Source: Bugula neritina
Taxonomy: Eukaryota > Animalia > Bryozoa
DNA: 64,000 nucleotides
Direction of reading: 5' to 3'
NCBI GenBank assembly: GCA_964035545.1
Contig: OZ037770.1
Location: forward strand, 9,988,973 to 10,052,972
Shown here: one piece after another, positions 25,457-40,205 of the stretch
Numbering within the stretch: position 1 is the stretch's first letter
Layout of the letters: the number at the start of each line of letters is the position of its first letter
Notes under the pieces: generated by a model
What the model was told of the DNA's origin: nothing
The model's input: only the letters and a program-made list of their open reading frames with translations
The model's database searches: none
Position numbers and translations under genes: made by a program

Positions 25457-25692
25457 CTGGGCATGTACGTTATTCCGCAATAAACGTCAAGCTTATAGAA
25501 TATCACTATAGTTAAGCTTGTAGACCCTGACAGTGTACATAATAATATAATATACTGATGAAACTAAAGAAAGTTTTATGGCAATAATAATATGATTAGT
25601 AATGGTAATAATATAAGTGATGATAAGAATAGTATCCGTTCTGGTGGTAGTGGTGGTGGCAGTGTTACACTGACTCTGAGTGTACTGTGTAG

Positions 25693-25809
<117 letters not shown>

Positions 25810-27028
25810 ACGTAGTAGTATTACTGTTATTAGTATTACTACTAGTACTGTACTAGTAGTACTAGTCAGTGCTAGTAGTACTTGTCAGTACTAGTAGTCA
25901 TACCATTATTAGTTAGCTAGCCTTATGTTTTAGTAATACTATCAGATATAATATCAAATTTAATATTAATAGGCTTATTAGTTATTGATGCTGTAAAAAT
26001 ATTATGGATTAGTATTCTGATGCTTTATCTTACTGTTAGAATTACGGTTAGTGAGGCTGATAGTGATGTTAAAATTTTGTTTGATGCTCAATTTTGTATT
26101 ATAGTATCATACTAATAGGTCATAGTGACATTGATAGTCAATACTATAATAGTCCTAATGATAGTTTTAATTATGCCATATTGAGTTAGTCATAGTGGTA
26201 GGAAGCTAGCATTTGTCAGAAGTACTTGTTGCATTTGCGAGTGTTGTGTGAAATGTATTTGCATGTGCTAGTTGTAATATAAAATAAGAATATGCTAGTT
26301 GTAATGTCAACTACTACTAAGAACAAGATTACTAATTTATTATAGTTTGCTAGAAGTTGGAGGAAATAACTAATTACTTTACTACTATTTGTTATAAGAT
26401 GCCTCATAACTGTTAATTGTTTTTGCATACATTATTAACTTCAACATAACATTAGGTGATACACTAGTAATACTAATATTAGTCGATTTACACTTTTCTT
26501 AAGTATGTTTTAGTACAATAAAACTATTAGGTTTCCCTCATTTTGAAGTGTTTCAATGTTTGAATTCTTGACATTTAATTCTAATAAATTTTAGGCCAAA
26601 CGCGCTAAACGCTGAAGCCTATGTTTAGATTTATATCAATGGACTTCAAAGTTTTTTTAAGTTATATTTTTATGAATATTTGAAATTGTATGTGGGTGTG
26701 TAAATCATCAATATTTAATTTTGTTAGATGTTAGCTTAAATTGGCTAGTTGCGTTTACTTTAAATATTGGTAACTTATTTAGTCATATTTTATAAGTGTC
26801 ATTAAATTTGGTACTTTACATACTGACACTAGAATTGAATAGAATGTGTTCTTTATTTACCTGTGAGTAAAGCTGTAAGTTCAAAGTGTCAGCTATAAAT
26901 TTGTTATGTCAAAAACAGATATATTGCAGTATGCTATGGTTTGTTCTCTTAAATGAAATATATAGTTTAATTTTTATTGCTTTGTAGTCTGGGGTTTAGA
27001 GGCAATTAATAAAGCATAGAATATAGAC

Positions 27029-30000
27029 ATGGCAGATGTGCAAAAGCCAAACAAGGTAATACCTCTCTAGTTTAATACCGTGTTTCCTTTATCTCAAAGG
27101 ATTTTTGTTTTTGTTAGAAAACAGTTTAAATACATTTAGTATAGTGGGCGTCAACTTGAAAAAATCCTGGCGGTGCTTAAGTTTAGCGTTGGTGCAATAA
27201 TTTTAAATATAGCTTCTAATCTAATATACTAGTTATAATTCTATATACTATTGCACGATCTAAAATTTGGGGGTATTTATGACTATATTTCTATTCAAAG
27301 AATAGATCACTTTAATGGTTTATCTTATATTGTTTATTTTATTTTTGTATTTTTGTATTTTCCTTATTATTTAGCTGCTGGTAAGTAATATAAAAAGCAC
27401 CTCAAGTCACATGTACACATAGATATGACTGCACTGCTATATTGCACACCAGCATGCTCTGTTAGATGTAACACTTACTCTATGCATGCTGCTACATGGT
27501 TGTACACAATGTGTCTATATATATTATTATCAGAATGTACATTTATTTACGATGATAAATTCATGACCTATCCTTTTTTCATTTTTTATGATGATATTAC
27601 AACGTGCAATCACAGAACAGTATAGCTGGCCGGCTCATGAATATATATTAGCATAACTTCAGTAAAATTGTTTATCATTGACGCCTGTTATTCATTTGAT
27701 TTATAGTTCTTATTTTATAAGCAGCACCACATCCCTCTAATGTTTATTGAAGCTTTCCAGTATTGCTTTGAGCATGTAAAATAACCATCGACATGCATTG
27801 CATCTTAGTTTTTTTATTAGGCCATATCTCTAAAATATTGTGTCATAATTGTGTATCAGCATTCTATCAATTGCACGAATACCTTATTTGTTGTTTATAG
27901 TATACCTATTGTGGTTTAGTATCATATTTTTATATATAATATAAGTATTTTATCAGAATAAAGTTTGATATTTCAATTAATATATATTATATTAACCGTC
28001 ACTAGAGAGATAGATTCAGCTCTCAATTGGACTCTATGCTGCTTCACAATCATTTTAAGTTAAACTCTAATTTTACTTCATGTTTTGCCCCATTCAGCTG
28101 GTGAAGTTACATTAATTTAGTAACTGCTGTCCTTATATCTGATTCTATGCTCTGTGCTTGTCACATTATATGGCTCTGTGCTTGTTACATTATATGCTGT
28201 GGACAAGAAGGTTTCTTTTGTCAACAGGCGCAGCTGAAAAGTGCAGACGACTACCACGCTATGAAGGAATACTACTACCAGAGGTATATGAGTCAACTTA
28301 GGGACAAAATTCTTGAACTAGACCAAAAGTCTAACTTAGCTTCAAGCAAAAGTTCCAACACTCAGTCAAATGTGAGTAACTTTATTAATAAACAACTGTA
28401 ATTGATTTTGATAGTATAGTATATTTGAAGGTATGCTTGGGTTTATTCCATCCTATTATTTCTTATTAAATTAAATATAATTTTTTGATTTGACTTACAA
28501 GCTACATGAAGTGAAGTTCAGGCAATATCTGCTACTTAGCTTTTTGGTAATTAAGCTCCATTGGCTACAAAATATCTGTCATGATCTCAGATTTCTCTTT
28601 TTTAAGAATATTTGGTTATTTTAGTTTTACCCTTGAATTAATTTTACTGAAAGTGTTTTTGTGGGGATAGAAGTTAAACATGTATTTTTTTTACCTCTAA
28701 TGTACAGATATTGCAATATGATCTGCTTCTTGGAATATTTGTAGAGTTCCGCTAAGTCCAGAGGTACTTCAATTGGTCGAGGCAAAGCAAAGAATAGTCT
28801 GAGTACAGTGAAATCTGCTTCAACAAAAACATCCAGACTTAATGTATGTCGTGTAGTAGTTCTTTCTTCTGATATTAAATGTACTTTTTAATAAACTTGA
28901 TAATATTTTTTTTTTGGTTTTTAAGTAAAACCAGTTTTGATAGGCTCTTTTTTCTATAAATATTATTAGTTCATGCTGTTTAGTAGAACTACTATAAATA
29001 GACATCAACAGTGACTAGGCATGAGCTTGATGCTGAGAGAAATGCAAATTAAACATAACAATGTGTCGTCTGCTTTGCAATGCAAATTAAACATTGAAAT
29101 GCTTTTATTTTTATGCATAAATTGTAATTCAGCAGGTATTTCAATGCAACTTTTTAAGGCCTTCACAGAATTATAGATACTAAACTTGCAGGCAAAAATA
29201 ACTTACGGTTATTGAAGCAAGATGTTTGCGTTTTTGGCTAAATCATAACAAAAATGGTTATAAATAAATAATATAATAAATGCTTATGCACATTTACTTG
29301 AATGTTACTATTGGACTGTATTTTACCAAATTGGTTGCGTATGTTACATAGCTGTACTAGCAAAACTTGTGGATGGTTCAGCTGTTTTATTTTGAAGAAA
29401 ATTCCAATATTGCGTTATTACTTATTAAATATTTATTTAATTAAAGCCTTCTCAATTTAAAAAAAAACAATTTATCAATATTGTCGTTGCGAAAATCCTC
29501 TCCATTTCAGTTACTTTGTTGACTGATCTTAAAACTGACTGTTGATAATTTATGACTATTGTAATTAGACTTTAGTTACTATATTTTGCATTTTCACTTT
29601 AGTTTATAATAAATACAATAGTGCAATAACATTGTTTTAAACCTGATAAACTATTGACATTCATGTTTTATGGATGATTATTTCGAATTAAATTTTGCAT
29701 TTTTGTTCTGCTGTGTAAATTTTGCAAGTTAAAAGAGAATTCTGTTGGTCGTGACTTTCAGTATTTATGTTTCTTGTATTGCAGATGCTAGAGGTTGAAC
29801 AGAAGTTGATTCAGGGTGGATATCTGAAGACAGATGACGAAGTGGCGGAGTTCCGGTCTGGTGTAGCTGTAGCTGAGGATCTCGAACAGTATGCGGGTGG
29901 GTGTCTGGTACTATCTATATATTGTGGGCATCTGTTTAAAACTAGTGTCTAAACATATAGCTTGTGTTTCCTTCATTTTGTAAAGACAATTCTTACCATT

Positions 30001-33000
30001 GTCACTATGTATATAAACCATCTATTGTCAATCTTGGGCTATTTTTGAATTTTCAACAAGTTGCTAACTGCCATGTTAATAGTTTTAATTCTGAGAGTAA
30101 ACTTTAGGTTTTTAGTAGCCTGAGGTTATGCTATTAGCCTCGGTTTCACTAATTATTTACTACAGTAGCTACTCTAACTGGAGGTTGTCTACTGTTATAC
30201 ACTTTACAGCTGACTTCATAACCAAGAAGAAGAAGGCAGTCAGTCAGCCTCACACTGCGAGTAGGAAGGGTCCCAGACCTCTCAGTAGAATTGTGGAAAC
30301 CAGAGAGAACTCTGCTAACAAATCTCGGCCAGTTACTCGCGGAATTCCTAAGAAAGAGGTAAGAAATTTGGCTTTGCCTAATCTTGAATTTGTAATTGGA
30401 TTACAATTGAGTTGAAAATTGTCAAAGTGATAACTGAGTAACTCCAACACTCACTTGTCTGCTGTGTAGATTGACTCTATTTCACGCCATTCTGCAGCTT
30501 GTTTTGTCTCCTATGGTTGTTGCATTATGGTGTTTGTGATTAGCCATGTTTAAAGGTCTTTCAACTCGGAATTTGTCACAAAAAAATCATATGGCTTTGA
30601 TTTTCAGATCTGTTTAGGGAGTGGCAGCCAGCTGATTTTGTATAATTCAACTCTTGCGGTGCGGAGTTTAGGCTTTAAACTCATATTATATCTTTACTAG
30701 CCATTTTTGAATCCAATAGGAGATTGTGGGAATTACAAACTTCCATTCACAATACTTTTGCTATATATATAGTTTTACCATATGTGTAACAGTACAGCTA
30801 CAACTGTTTATTATCTAATAGTGTTATACCTACCGTATATGGTTGTATATATGTACGTATGCACGTGTGTATGTCCGCCTGTGTGTATGTATTGTATGTC
30901 GTTATTTTAACTAGTTTTTAGCATATTCGGCGTTGTGCTTTTTCAGATGAACACAGATCTGAATCCTCTAAAAGGCAAAAAGAATGTTTCACCTGCTGAC
31001 ATTGGCAGAGCGGCAGCAGCAGCTTTAGAGAAACGCTGTCCAAGGGTGAGTGTTGGTCGCGGCTCTAAAACAAAAACAACCAAAATAGTCATTCAGATCA
31101 TTTTAATGGACTTTCAATATTTACTCAATTGGTCAAGAAATGTTCAACTTTGCTAAATCTGTTCACAAGCAGCAAGAGTTTAGAAAGTTTTACAAAATCA
31201 AACAATACAGTCTAAATTTTCACCAACACTAAATTAGAATACCACACTTTTATGCTGTAGTAGGTTTAGTGCATATACCTAAATATAGTGGTTATGGGTA
31301 TTGACATATATGTACATGCAGGTAGTCATAATATTGACAGGTTTATGCAGGTTGTTGTAGTATTGACAGGTGCAGGCAAGTAGTTCCAGTTTTGACAGGT
31401 ATAGGCAAGTAGCTGTAAAATTGACAGGTATAGGCAGGTAGTTGTAGTATTGACAGGCCCATGCAGGTTGTCATAGTATTGACAAGTACAGGCAGGTAGT
31501 TGTAGTATTGACAGGTATAGGCAGGTGGACTGTAGTGTTGACAACTCTAGGCAGGTTGTTTCTCAACCGTAGCACCTGTTGCAGATGGATGTGCCAGACC
31601 TGCATTGTTTGCAGCCTGAGAGGGAGGACTCTGATGGTGAAGCTGAGATAGCCCTGAATGAACTTAGATCTAAACGAAAAGATGGGTACAGCAAGCAGGT
31701 GTCCCACCTCCGACAGATGTATCAGAGAGCTCAGGCTAATTTTGCTCAGTCTAAGAGAATTATAGATGCTAGAGATGATGACATTCTGCAACATGATAGA
31801 AAATCTAAACTCATATATGATTTGGTGAGTCTGCTGTGACATTGAATGTTGATGTTAGTTCGTTTTGGCTTCCTTATTTGATGATAAATTGTATATATAA
31901 TGTTTCACTATTATATTATACACAGCGAATGCACATTTCAAAAGAAAACAACTATTTATTACCAATCAACATATCGGTGCCATTTTTTTCTCATTTTAGA
32001 TAGTAAAAGTACTTTTCTGCATAGTGCATCAAATTCATCCATCACATCCTTACTCATCTCGCTTAACTTTACCTATACAATATACTCCATCTTTTTCCAT
32101 AAGTTTTTTTTCGCTCCAGAGATTAATTTAATCATTATTGCGACTTTTATTAAATATTTAGACTCAACTTTGCCAAACCATTAGTCCCGAAACTCATCTT
32201 CGTGATAATGACGGGTACATAGCTCGGGGAGACAACTTCGATGCTGTGTCGTCCATATATGACCCCGCCTATGACATTCCCGACCTTAGTGACGCAGAGG
32301 GAGACAATCTCTCCGACGCTCAGCAAGAACTGATTAGTAACTGGCGAGAGGAGAATCAGCAGCCTGTGATGTCAACTTCAAGGTCAGTCAAGGTCACCGT
32401 GACTCGCTGTTTTTTATCATCGGTGTTGTCGGACAAACTCATTTGTCATACTTTTGTAATGCTACTCAAGGAAACTTAAAGTCAACTTAATGTGTAGTCT
32501 ACCTAGGAGTCTGTTGTTATTAGGATTTTCATAGAGGTTGTTAAGACAAATAAAACAGGAGTTATGGTTTACTGTATTTTGTGTACATAGATATAACATT
32601 GAACTTTAAGTAATTGTTTACATAAATATAGTAGGTTAATGTTTGCTTATCTAGCAGCATCCCTCCCTCAATCTATATGCCCGATCAGACTAAAACATCA
32701 CTTAAATTTTAGGAATATAAGTTGGAAATGCGCTTGCATATTCAACAGTAGTGGAGTGACAACTCTCAATAATCATTTCAAAATATACATGAGATGTAAT
32801 TTATTATTCCTATTGACTTTATATTATAGAAAACAGTTTAACTTGTTCACTCCGATTGAAGAAGAGTCATCTACTCCACGATTTGATAAAACACCTAATA
32901 TCGACCAATTAAATTCACTGACACAACCAAGTGTTAAGACACGCACTTCTAGTATAAAAAGTATAACAGATACTGAGGCACAGGATGTGGTTTTGGCTAT

Positions 33001-33644
33001 CGAAGATGGTAAAGACATCAGCATCCCATTAAAGTTAAAGGAAATAGAAGCAGAGCTAAAAGTTCTGGTGGGTTCACTATTGCATAGATTTACGTTTGGG
33101 CATAATGTTAAGCTGAGGTTGTTGGGTTTGAAAATATTTAATACTACAAGAAAATTTGCCTATGCGTTTTTTAATTATTTTGTATGAAAATTTACAAAAT
33201 TTCTAATATTTAATTTGTGATTCTATGAAAATGAAAATATAGAAACTGTGATATTAAAATTCATATTATTATATTATTCTTTACCTTATATTCTAGTTTA
33301 TATGATATTAAATACTCTCTTGACTATAAGAACATATCATGTATAGTTTGTAGTTACCAGATGCTTTAGATTAAACATATCACATTACTTATTGCCCAAT
33401 AATCATTGTTTTAGTTCAACGTTTTTTTATTTTACACCTCTATAACAATATAATATCATAGCATTATGATATTTGAAATAACACAATATAATATATAATA
33501 TTAAAACAATTGTAATAAGATATTTGCTTTACTTTTTAGGAATCTAAATCGATGAGCACAAATTGGTCAAACTACATGAAAGCAGGAAAAAGTAAGTTTG
33601 CCCGAGAGCACAGTCTATTTCAAGGTCCAGGTAATGAGAGCTGA
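27029..33644 (+). CDS. Uncharacterised ~477-aa hydrophilic, low-complexity protein with short predicted helical segments
   Basis: Phase-consistent exons 27029-27055 (ATG), 28228-28371, 28745-28843, 29785-29896, 30210-30358, 30947-31045, 31585-31824, 32162-32382, 32830-33067, 33540-33644 (TGA); 1434 nt. Seven of these overlap ORF-track segments. No recognisable domain. Confidence 0.72.
31295..31560. repeat. 29-bp minisatellite (GTAGTATTGACAGGTATAGGCAGGTAGTT), ~9 copies
   Basis: TTGACA recurs about every 29 nt; ends ~25 nt before the acceptor at 31584. Confidence 0.88.
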
Positions 33645-34726
33645 GGCTTAATGTCATCATGAGGTCAAGGTTCTTTGTTACGGAAGTGTTGACAAACTAT
33701 AAGAATTTATTCACTCTGTTTCGATCAGGAAAGATGCCAGTGCTCTCTCTAATTTATGTCACCTAAAAGGTTAAGACTGTGAATGTCACAAGTTATTTTT
33801 TCAGCAATGGTTTGGAATGCACTTCAACGTATTTTTTCTCTTGTTCTACATTTACACATTTTGTATCATTTTGTAACATTATGTCAATTGGATTATATAA
33901 TCATCTACTGTGTAAAGTTTTCTCACATAAATTGTATTGTTATATTTTTTATTATAGTATTACAATTATTATAATAATTTTTTTATTTTCATAACAGTAT
34001 ATTATATTGTATAATAAAATTTATTAATTCTATGATGCAATGCTTTATTAACAAAGAAATTTGACAGTTTTCAACTTTATATGAAGTACATAGAGAGAGT
34101 TAACATTTTAGCACGGACATATTGTTTGCTATGACTCCTCACTAAACTAACACCTTCATATTGCGACAGTGTTTTATATGCCTTGGAGTTTCTTTCCCCT
34201 GAAACAACAACTGCAGAACAATATTATACTTTAGCTACTAGTTAGTGTACAACTGAGATTATATATTTTTACCAAAGGAAGCTAGATGTGAATACAACAG
34301 TTATTAATTCAAACTTGAACTTCCTGCTTTATACTTTCTGTCAAATGGTGTCCACAGTTGGCCTGGGCTAACTTTTTACTGTAAAATCTTGAGGAAAAGT
34401 GTTTCTAACCGTATAGCCTCAGAGCCAATTAACTAGTGTAGTGCAGTGAAAGTTAGTTGTTAGTGAGTGCAGGGTGGAAGAGCAAGCTCATACTATCTGT
34501 GTAAAACAAGAAATACAGAGAGACCTGACTTGATGTAACCCTAATATGTTATTTAGTTTTGTACTAACTTCAGTCTAAAGGACTCAACATCTATCAACAT
34601 TATAAAAGAATTCAAAAGTGGTGTTTTGTTATAGCAATCTACTTAAATAATAGGCACAAAAGTATACACATATAAATTTGACTGTATGCAGCCTTCACTT
34701 AAACTTATGGTCTTTAAGTTATTGTA

Positions 34727-34949
34727 TGGAAGGAGCAGCTATGGTCAAGGGGTTAGAGCGTTTGTTTAGTAAACAAGAGGTCATGGGTTTGAGCCTGACA
34801 AAGGCCATTGGTGATGTTAGGAAAAGCATCCAGTCATAATTGCTCCTGTGCCTCATCTGAATAAGTCCTTAGCTTTATCTAACAAAAACGCTTTCCATCA
34901 GGGGTTTCTCACAGGGATAGTGACCATAAACTTGTGTGAGTTTTTTTTT
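34727..34949 (+). mobile_element. tRNA-derived SINE, family A copy 2, with TSD
   Basis: Homologous to 12045-12258 and 59821-60036; T-rich tail; direct repeat AAGTTATTGTA at 34716-34726 and 34950-34960. Confidence 0.82.
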
Positions 34950-36137
34950 AAGTTATTGTAAGGAGCAGTCCAGTAGCCAAGCTAAGATTTGATATCAACT
35001 CAATCTGATTCTTAAGTCTCAGCATTGCCAAAGCCTCATATTTCATCAATTACTCATCAGTTTGATTTATCACTCAGTTTTGAAGTGGGTGATTAACGCA
35101 ATCACTTTTGGCCAAGTGCATTGCCCCATGTCATTCAACTTCCCATTTATTTTTTCCCCAAGTGACAAAAACTTTCCATATACGTGTCAAGAACTTGCAA
35201 TATAAGAAAATGTATTTTATGCTTTATGAAACAGATCTTCAATACGTTGGTACATATAATTATTTGCTTTTCAAAATATTTGTATAATCAACTACATTTT
35301 ATGGATGACATCGTGTATTAAGAAAGACATCATTCCGTTGAAAATCTCATTTAGGAGTAGTAGTGGAGAAACTGAGATAGTCTTAGGTCTTTAGTGTTTT
35401 TATTAAATATTGGTTTGGGACTCGACTCGAAATTTTTGTGAGAACATAACTTCTTCTGCTACATTCATAATCTAGAACACAGGCTTTTCTCAATTTCTCT
35501 ATTACCACACATATAACCTCAAAAATCTGTTAAATTGAAATTGGGGGCTACGCTTTGAACTACAGGTTCGATCAGCTATCAACAGCCAATAGGTATGGCA
35601 AAGAGAGCATATTGTGTTAGGCAAATTGTGGACGAACAGCTTTCCAAGATTCCCTTTACCAGTGAATTTAATTTCTTATTTCACTCGCCCTGTTTTAATC
35701 ACCTAGGTCCTAGACTAACTGCATCGCATAACTTCTAAAGAAATGTATTTTTGATATGAAGGAAGCAAAACTATGCCTAACTTTTATACCATATGAATTT
35801 GATGTTACTTTCGTTCTATTTTGTAATCTCACTGAAATAGCTGCTGTCTGCATTTTTGCTTATGAAAGTACGCTAGTACTTAGATTGAAAACACAACTAT
35901 ATAATAGAACAGCACCTGCTATAATTGACACTTTATTGGTGATGAGACCACAAATGTATAATTTTAATCAACATCTTATCAATCTCTGCTCAAAGCATAT
36001 AATTGGCTATTACATTATATGTTGGTTCTATACACTTAGTTATTAAGAATAATTTGATTATGCTCCATAATAACTAATCAATTAGTTTTCCACAGCAACT
36101 CTAATGCGTTATGCAATAAGTTATGATTACATAATGG

Positions 36138-36262
<125 letters not shown>

Positions 36263-36591
36263 CAGATAAGCTGTTTCGTATATTGGCTCAGCAACTATTT
36301 GAATTTTCAGATAACGTTTCAATTCGAAATTATACTATTGTGCTATTTGATTTTTTAAAACTATTTTATGAACTAGCTGTTTTGTACAAATATTGCTAGG
36401 TATACATAATTTTTCACCATCATGCTATAATATATATATGATTTTTTCAATACAAAATATAAAGATATTGTAAAAATGTAAGTGATCGAAGTAAAAGCTC
36501 TAGGTGATTTATTCTGGTTGTTCATCATGCACTATTAACACAAAGTCTTTTAAATTTTGATTTTAGTAGCTTCTCAAAATTTACCAACTTT

Positions 36592-36700
36592 TATAATAGC
36601 AATATTAGTATAATAGCAATATTAGTATAATAGCAATATTATTATAATAGCAATATTAGTATAATAGCAATATTAGTATAATAGCAATATTAGTATAATA
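36592..36700. repeat. 17-bp minisatellite (TATAATAGCAATATTAG), ~6 copies
   Basis: Direct reading. Confidence 0.9.
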
Positions 36701-37219
36701 ATTCAATCAACCCCTTTTTGCCATTTCTATTAACTCTTAACCTGGAAACTTGTGGGTCTGTAAAACATCAAACAACATCAGAGTCCTCAAACTTGAAGTT
36801 AACAAAGAATTAGTAGAATCTTGATTAGAGTGAATAATGGTAATGGAATGATATGCTGCATACCTTGTGGATGTGCTGCATAGCATGCTGAAGGCTTCCA
36901 GACGAGATGATAATTACATATGATTGATTAGCTTAGCTCTTAGATTGAGTTCCACTGCAAAGACTCAGTTGGACGGAGGGTGGCTGTAAGACTCCCATCT
37001 TTTGCCTATTTTGAGATCACAGGCTAGCATGTATAATGAGCAATTCACTTCAAAGTTCATTCACAACCTGCACAGAGCTTCGAGTGGCAAGTTTAGAAAA
37101 CTGTTCAGACAACACACAAGCAGAGAAGAGTTAGAAAAGTAAGTGAATCTTGCATACTCATACTGCACATGTAAGTTGGTATATTATTAGCTTTGCTCTA
37201 GCCTCATATTTTATACATG

Positions 37220-37478
37220 GATGTGTAACTATATATGTGTAACTATATATGTGTAAGTATATGTGTAAGTATATGTTTAAGTTTATATGTAAGTGTATGT
37301 GTAGGTATATGTGTAAGTATATGTGTAGGTATATGTGTAAGTATATGTGTAGGTATATGTGTAGGTATATGTGTAGGTATATGTGTAGGTATATGTGTAG
37401 GTATATGTGTAGGTATATGTTTAAGTATATGTGTAAGTATATGTGTAGGTGTATGTGTAGGTATATGTGTAAGTATAT
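37220..37478. repeat. 12-bp minisatellite (GTATATGTGTAG/A)
   Basis: About 20 copies. Confidence 0.9.
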
Positions 37479-39742
37479 GCATTAGTCGTAGACATATATT
37501 CATATATGGTGAATTTATTCAGGGATTTAATTGTTGTGTTTATATCTACACACAAAACACACCCGCTAAAGCAGTTTTCCCTGCGCCACATCTTTACTAT
37601 AAACTCTGAGAAGGGTTTAGTGAGAATACAACTTCTTTTGCTAGATTTCTGATCAAAGATACACACTTTTCCTAATTTCTCCTTTACAACACCTACCTCG
37701 TAGTTTTACTTTGGCATAAGCCTTGATATATGGTACTAGATATTAAGTGGTTTTAGTGTTATGAATAATGTTTACTATAGCCATCTTCATAATTTTAAAA
37801 TTTGTACCCTGTTGATTTTTGTACAAAAAAAACTTATAATGCTATACAGTTTTTGATATAAATAATAGCTTATAGTAATATAAAATGCCAATTCACAGAA
37901 GCTGGTTTCTATTAAAAGAAAGACAAAAATTCACAGCTTTCTATGAAAACCTCTCCTCACATGCAATTCCCTATGAGTTTCTTCTAAAACTTCATAACTT
38001 TAGTTTTTTATAATGTGGGGTTCTGATTATTGTATTTTGTAAGTCTGGACAAGATGAGAACCAGATTATCATGATTGTCTACAAAAATGTTTAGTTTTTG
38101 TTATATAACAATTTTTCTTGATCTCAGTTGCAAAAGATGTTTTACCTACATTACGATTTGTATCCTGTTAGCCTTTTAACACAGCTTTTAACACATTTTA
38201 TCTGTACTCCAGTTTATAAGGATTGGGAATAGAAACATTATTAAACATGCTAATTGTGTTACCAAGTAAAAACAAATTTGGCTATAGATTCTGTGGCTAT
38301 AGCTGTGATATATTTTAACCAATGAAACTTCAGTACTTAGTTACAAGTATCTGCTGTCAAATGTCAAAACAAGGTTGGCACTACATTGCTAGTTGGCACA
38401 TGCCATACTAGAACCTTACTTGCTGCAGTGTGCCATGAGTATCTGGCAAGTTTTTGTAGTTGTTGTGATGTGGTTATCAAATTGATGAGATGCAGCTGTA
38501 CAGTACTCAGTATTTTTATGTAATCTTGTGTTTAAATCATTGATTACGTAAAATTATACAAATATTTGCAACATATATGAAAAGTAGTTAATAAATCTGC
38601 TTTTGAAATTTGATTTGGAAGATGGAGATTTGCGGCCCTTAGTTGAACTACATCTCTTAGAAAGTTTCATATTGGTGCAAAGACTTTTCAGTTTTCAGTA
38701 AAATAATGACTTTGCCAACAGTTATATTACGTCAAGATCTTTGCAGAATTAAGATTTTTTATCCAGACAAGCTAATTGCTGGCAACATCTTAAAATTTAA
38801 ATTTTTCAGTGCCAAGTTTGTGATGCAACTTTTCAGCAAATTTACTGAAAATTTAATGGTTTTTTGCTGTTGTTGTTTGACTGGATTGCAGTTTGTGTGG
38901 TTGAGCCAATTTTCAATTTGAAAACATTAGCTTGCAAGACTCTAACTTTTATTACCAACAACAAGGAAACGCAGAGTTTTTTCAACTTATAGTCTTCTCC
39001 TGCTGCACATGCTTTCTCACCCAACTAATTCACATGAGATTTTAACTGATTTCCTAATGACTATACCTATATTAGTATGCAACTGAAGTGTAATTTACTA
39101 ATTTATGCATGAAAACCTTTATAAACATTAAAAATTTCTTGTTTCTCTAATCATCCTGCTGTAGATACTCAAAACACCTTCCAAACTAAATATTGTCTAA
39201 AGAAAGCTTGTTGTGGGGCAAAGATTTTATACTTGTCACTAACAGTTTACAATTTGAGTTTTTGGTAATTCTAAACATTTAATCATGAATCTGAATAAAA
39301 TTGTCCATATTTTAAATATTGTAAATATTTTGGTCATAAATTTAGCAAATGCTCTTCTTCATATAACTTGGTAGTATAATCCTAAATAAGTGCAACAATA
39401 AAAGCTCACTGATATTAAATTGTTATAACATTTATCTCTAATTGAGCGTAGTAAAGGCTTTGTATGAATCGGGTTCTTACCAATTCAGAGTTTTCTGTTG
39501 ATGCTTTATTTTCCACACAGACCATTTAGCACCTGAGTGCCTAAAGCTCTGTTTTAAGTGCACAAGGAAAAGGGTGGTTCGAACCCTACCTTTATATTGT
39601 AAAAAAGCTGCGATATGGCATTAATAGTTGGAATACATGACGCGTGAGCTTTTCTTTGATGTAAAAATTTTCAAGATCTGTTTTAGGTTTGATTGACAGC
39701 AGCTATTTATCAAACTTTAATAGCAAGTAGTTTTGACAATAG

Positions 39743-40205
<463 letters not shown>

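Noticed and set aside
15549-25580. CTGATGA motifs as hammerhead ribozyme cores
   Set aside because: No flanking stems with correctly placed GAAA and cleavage triplet could be built by eye.
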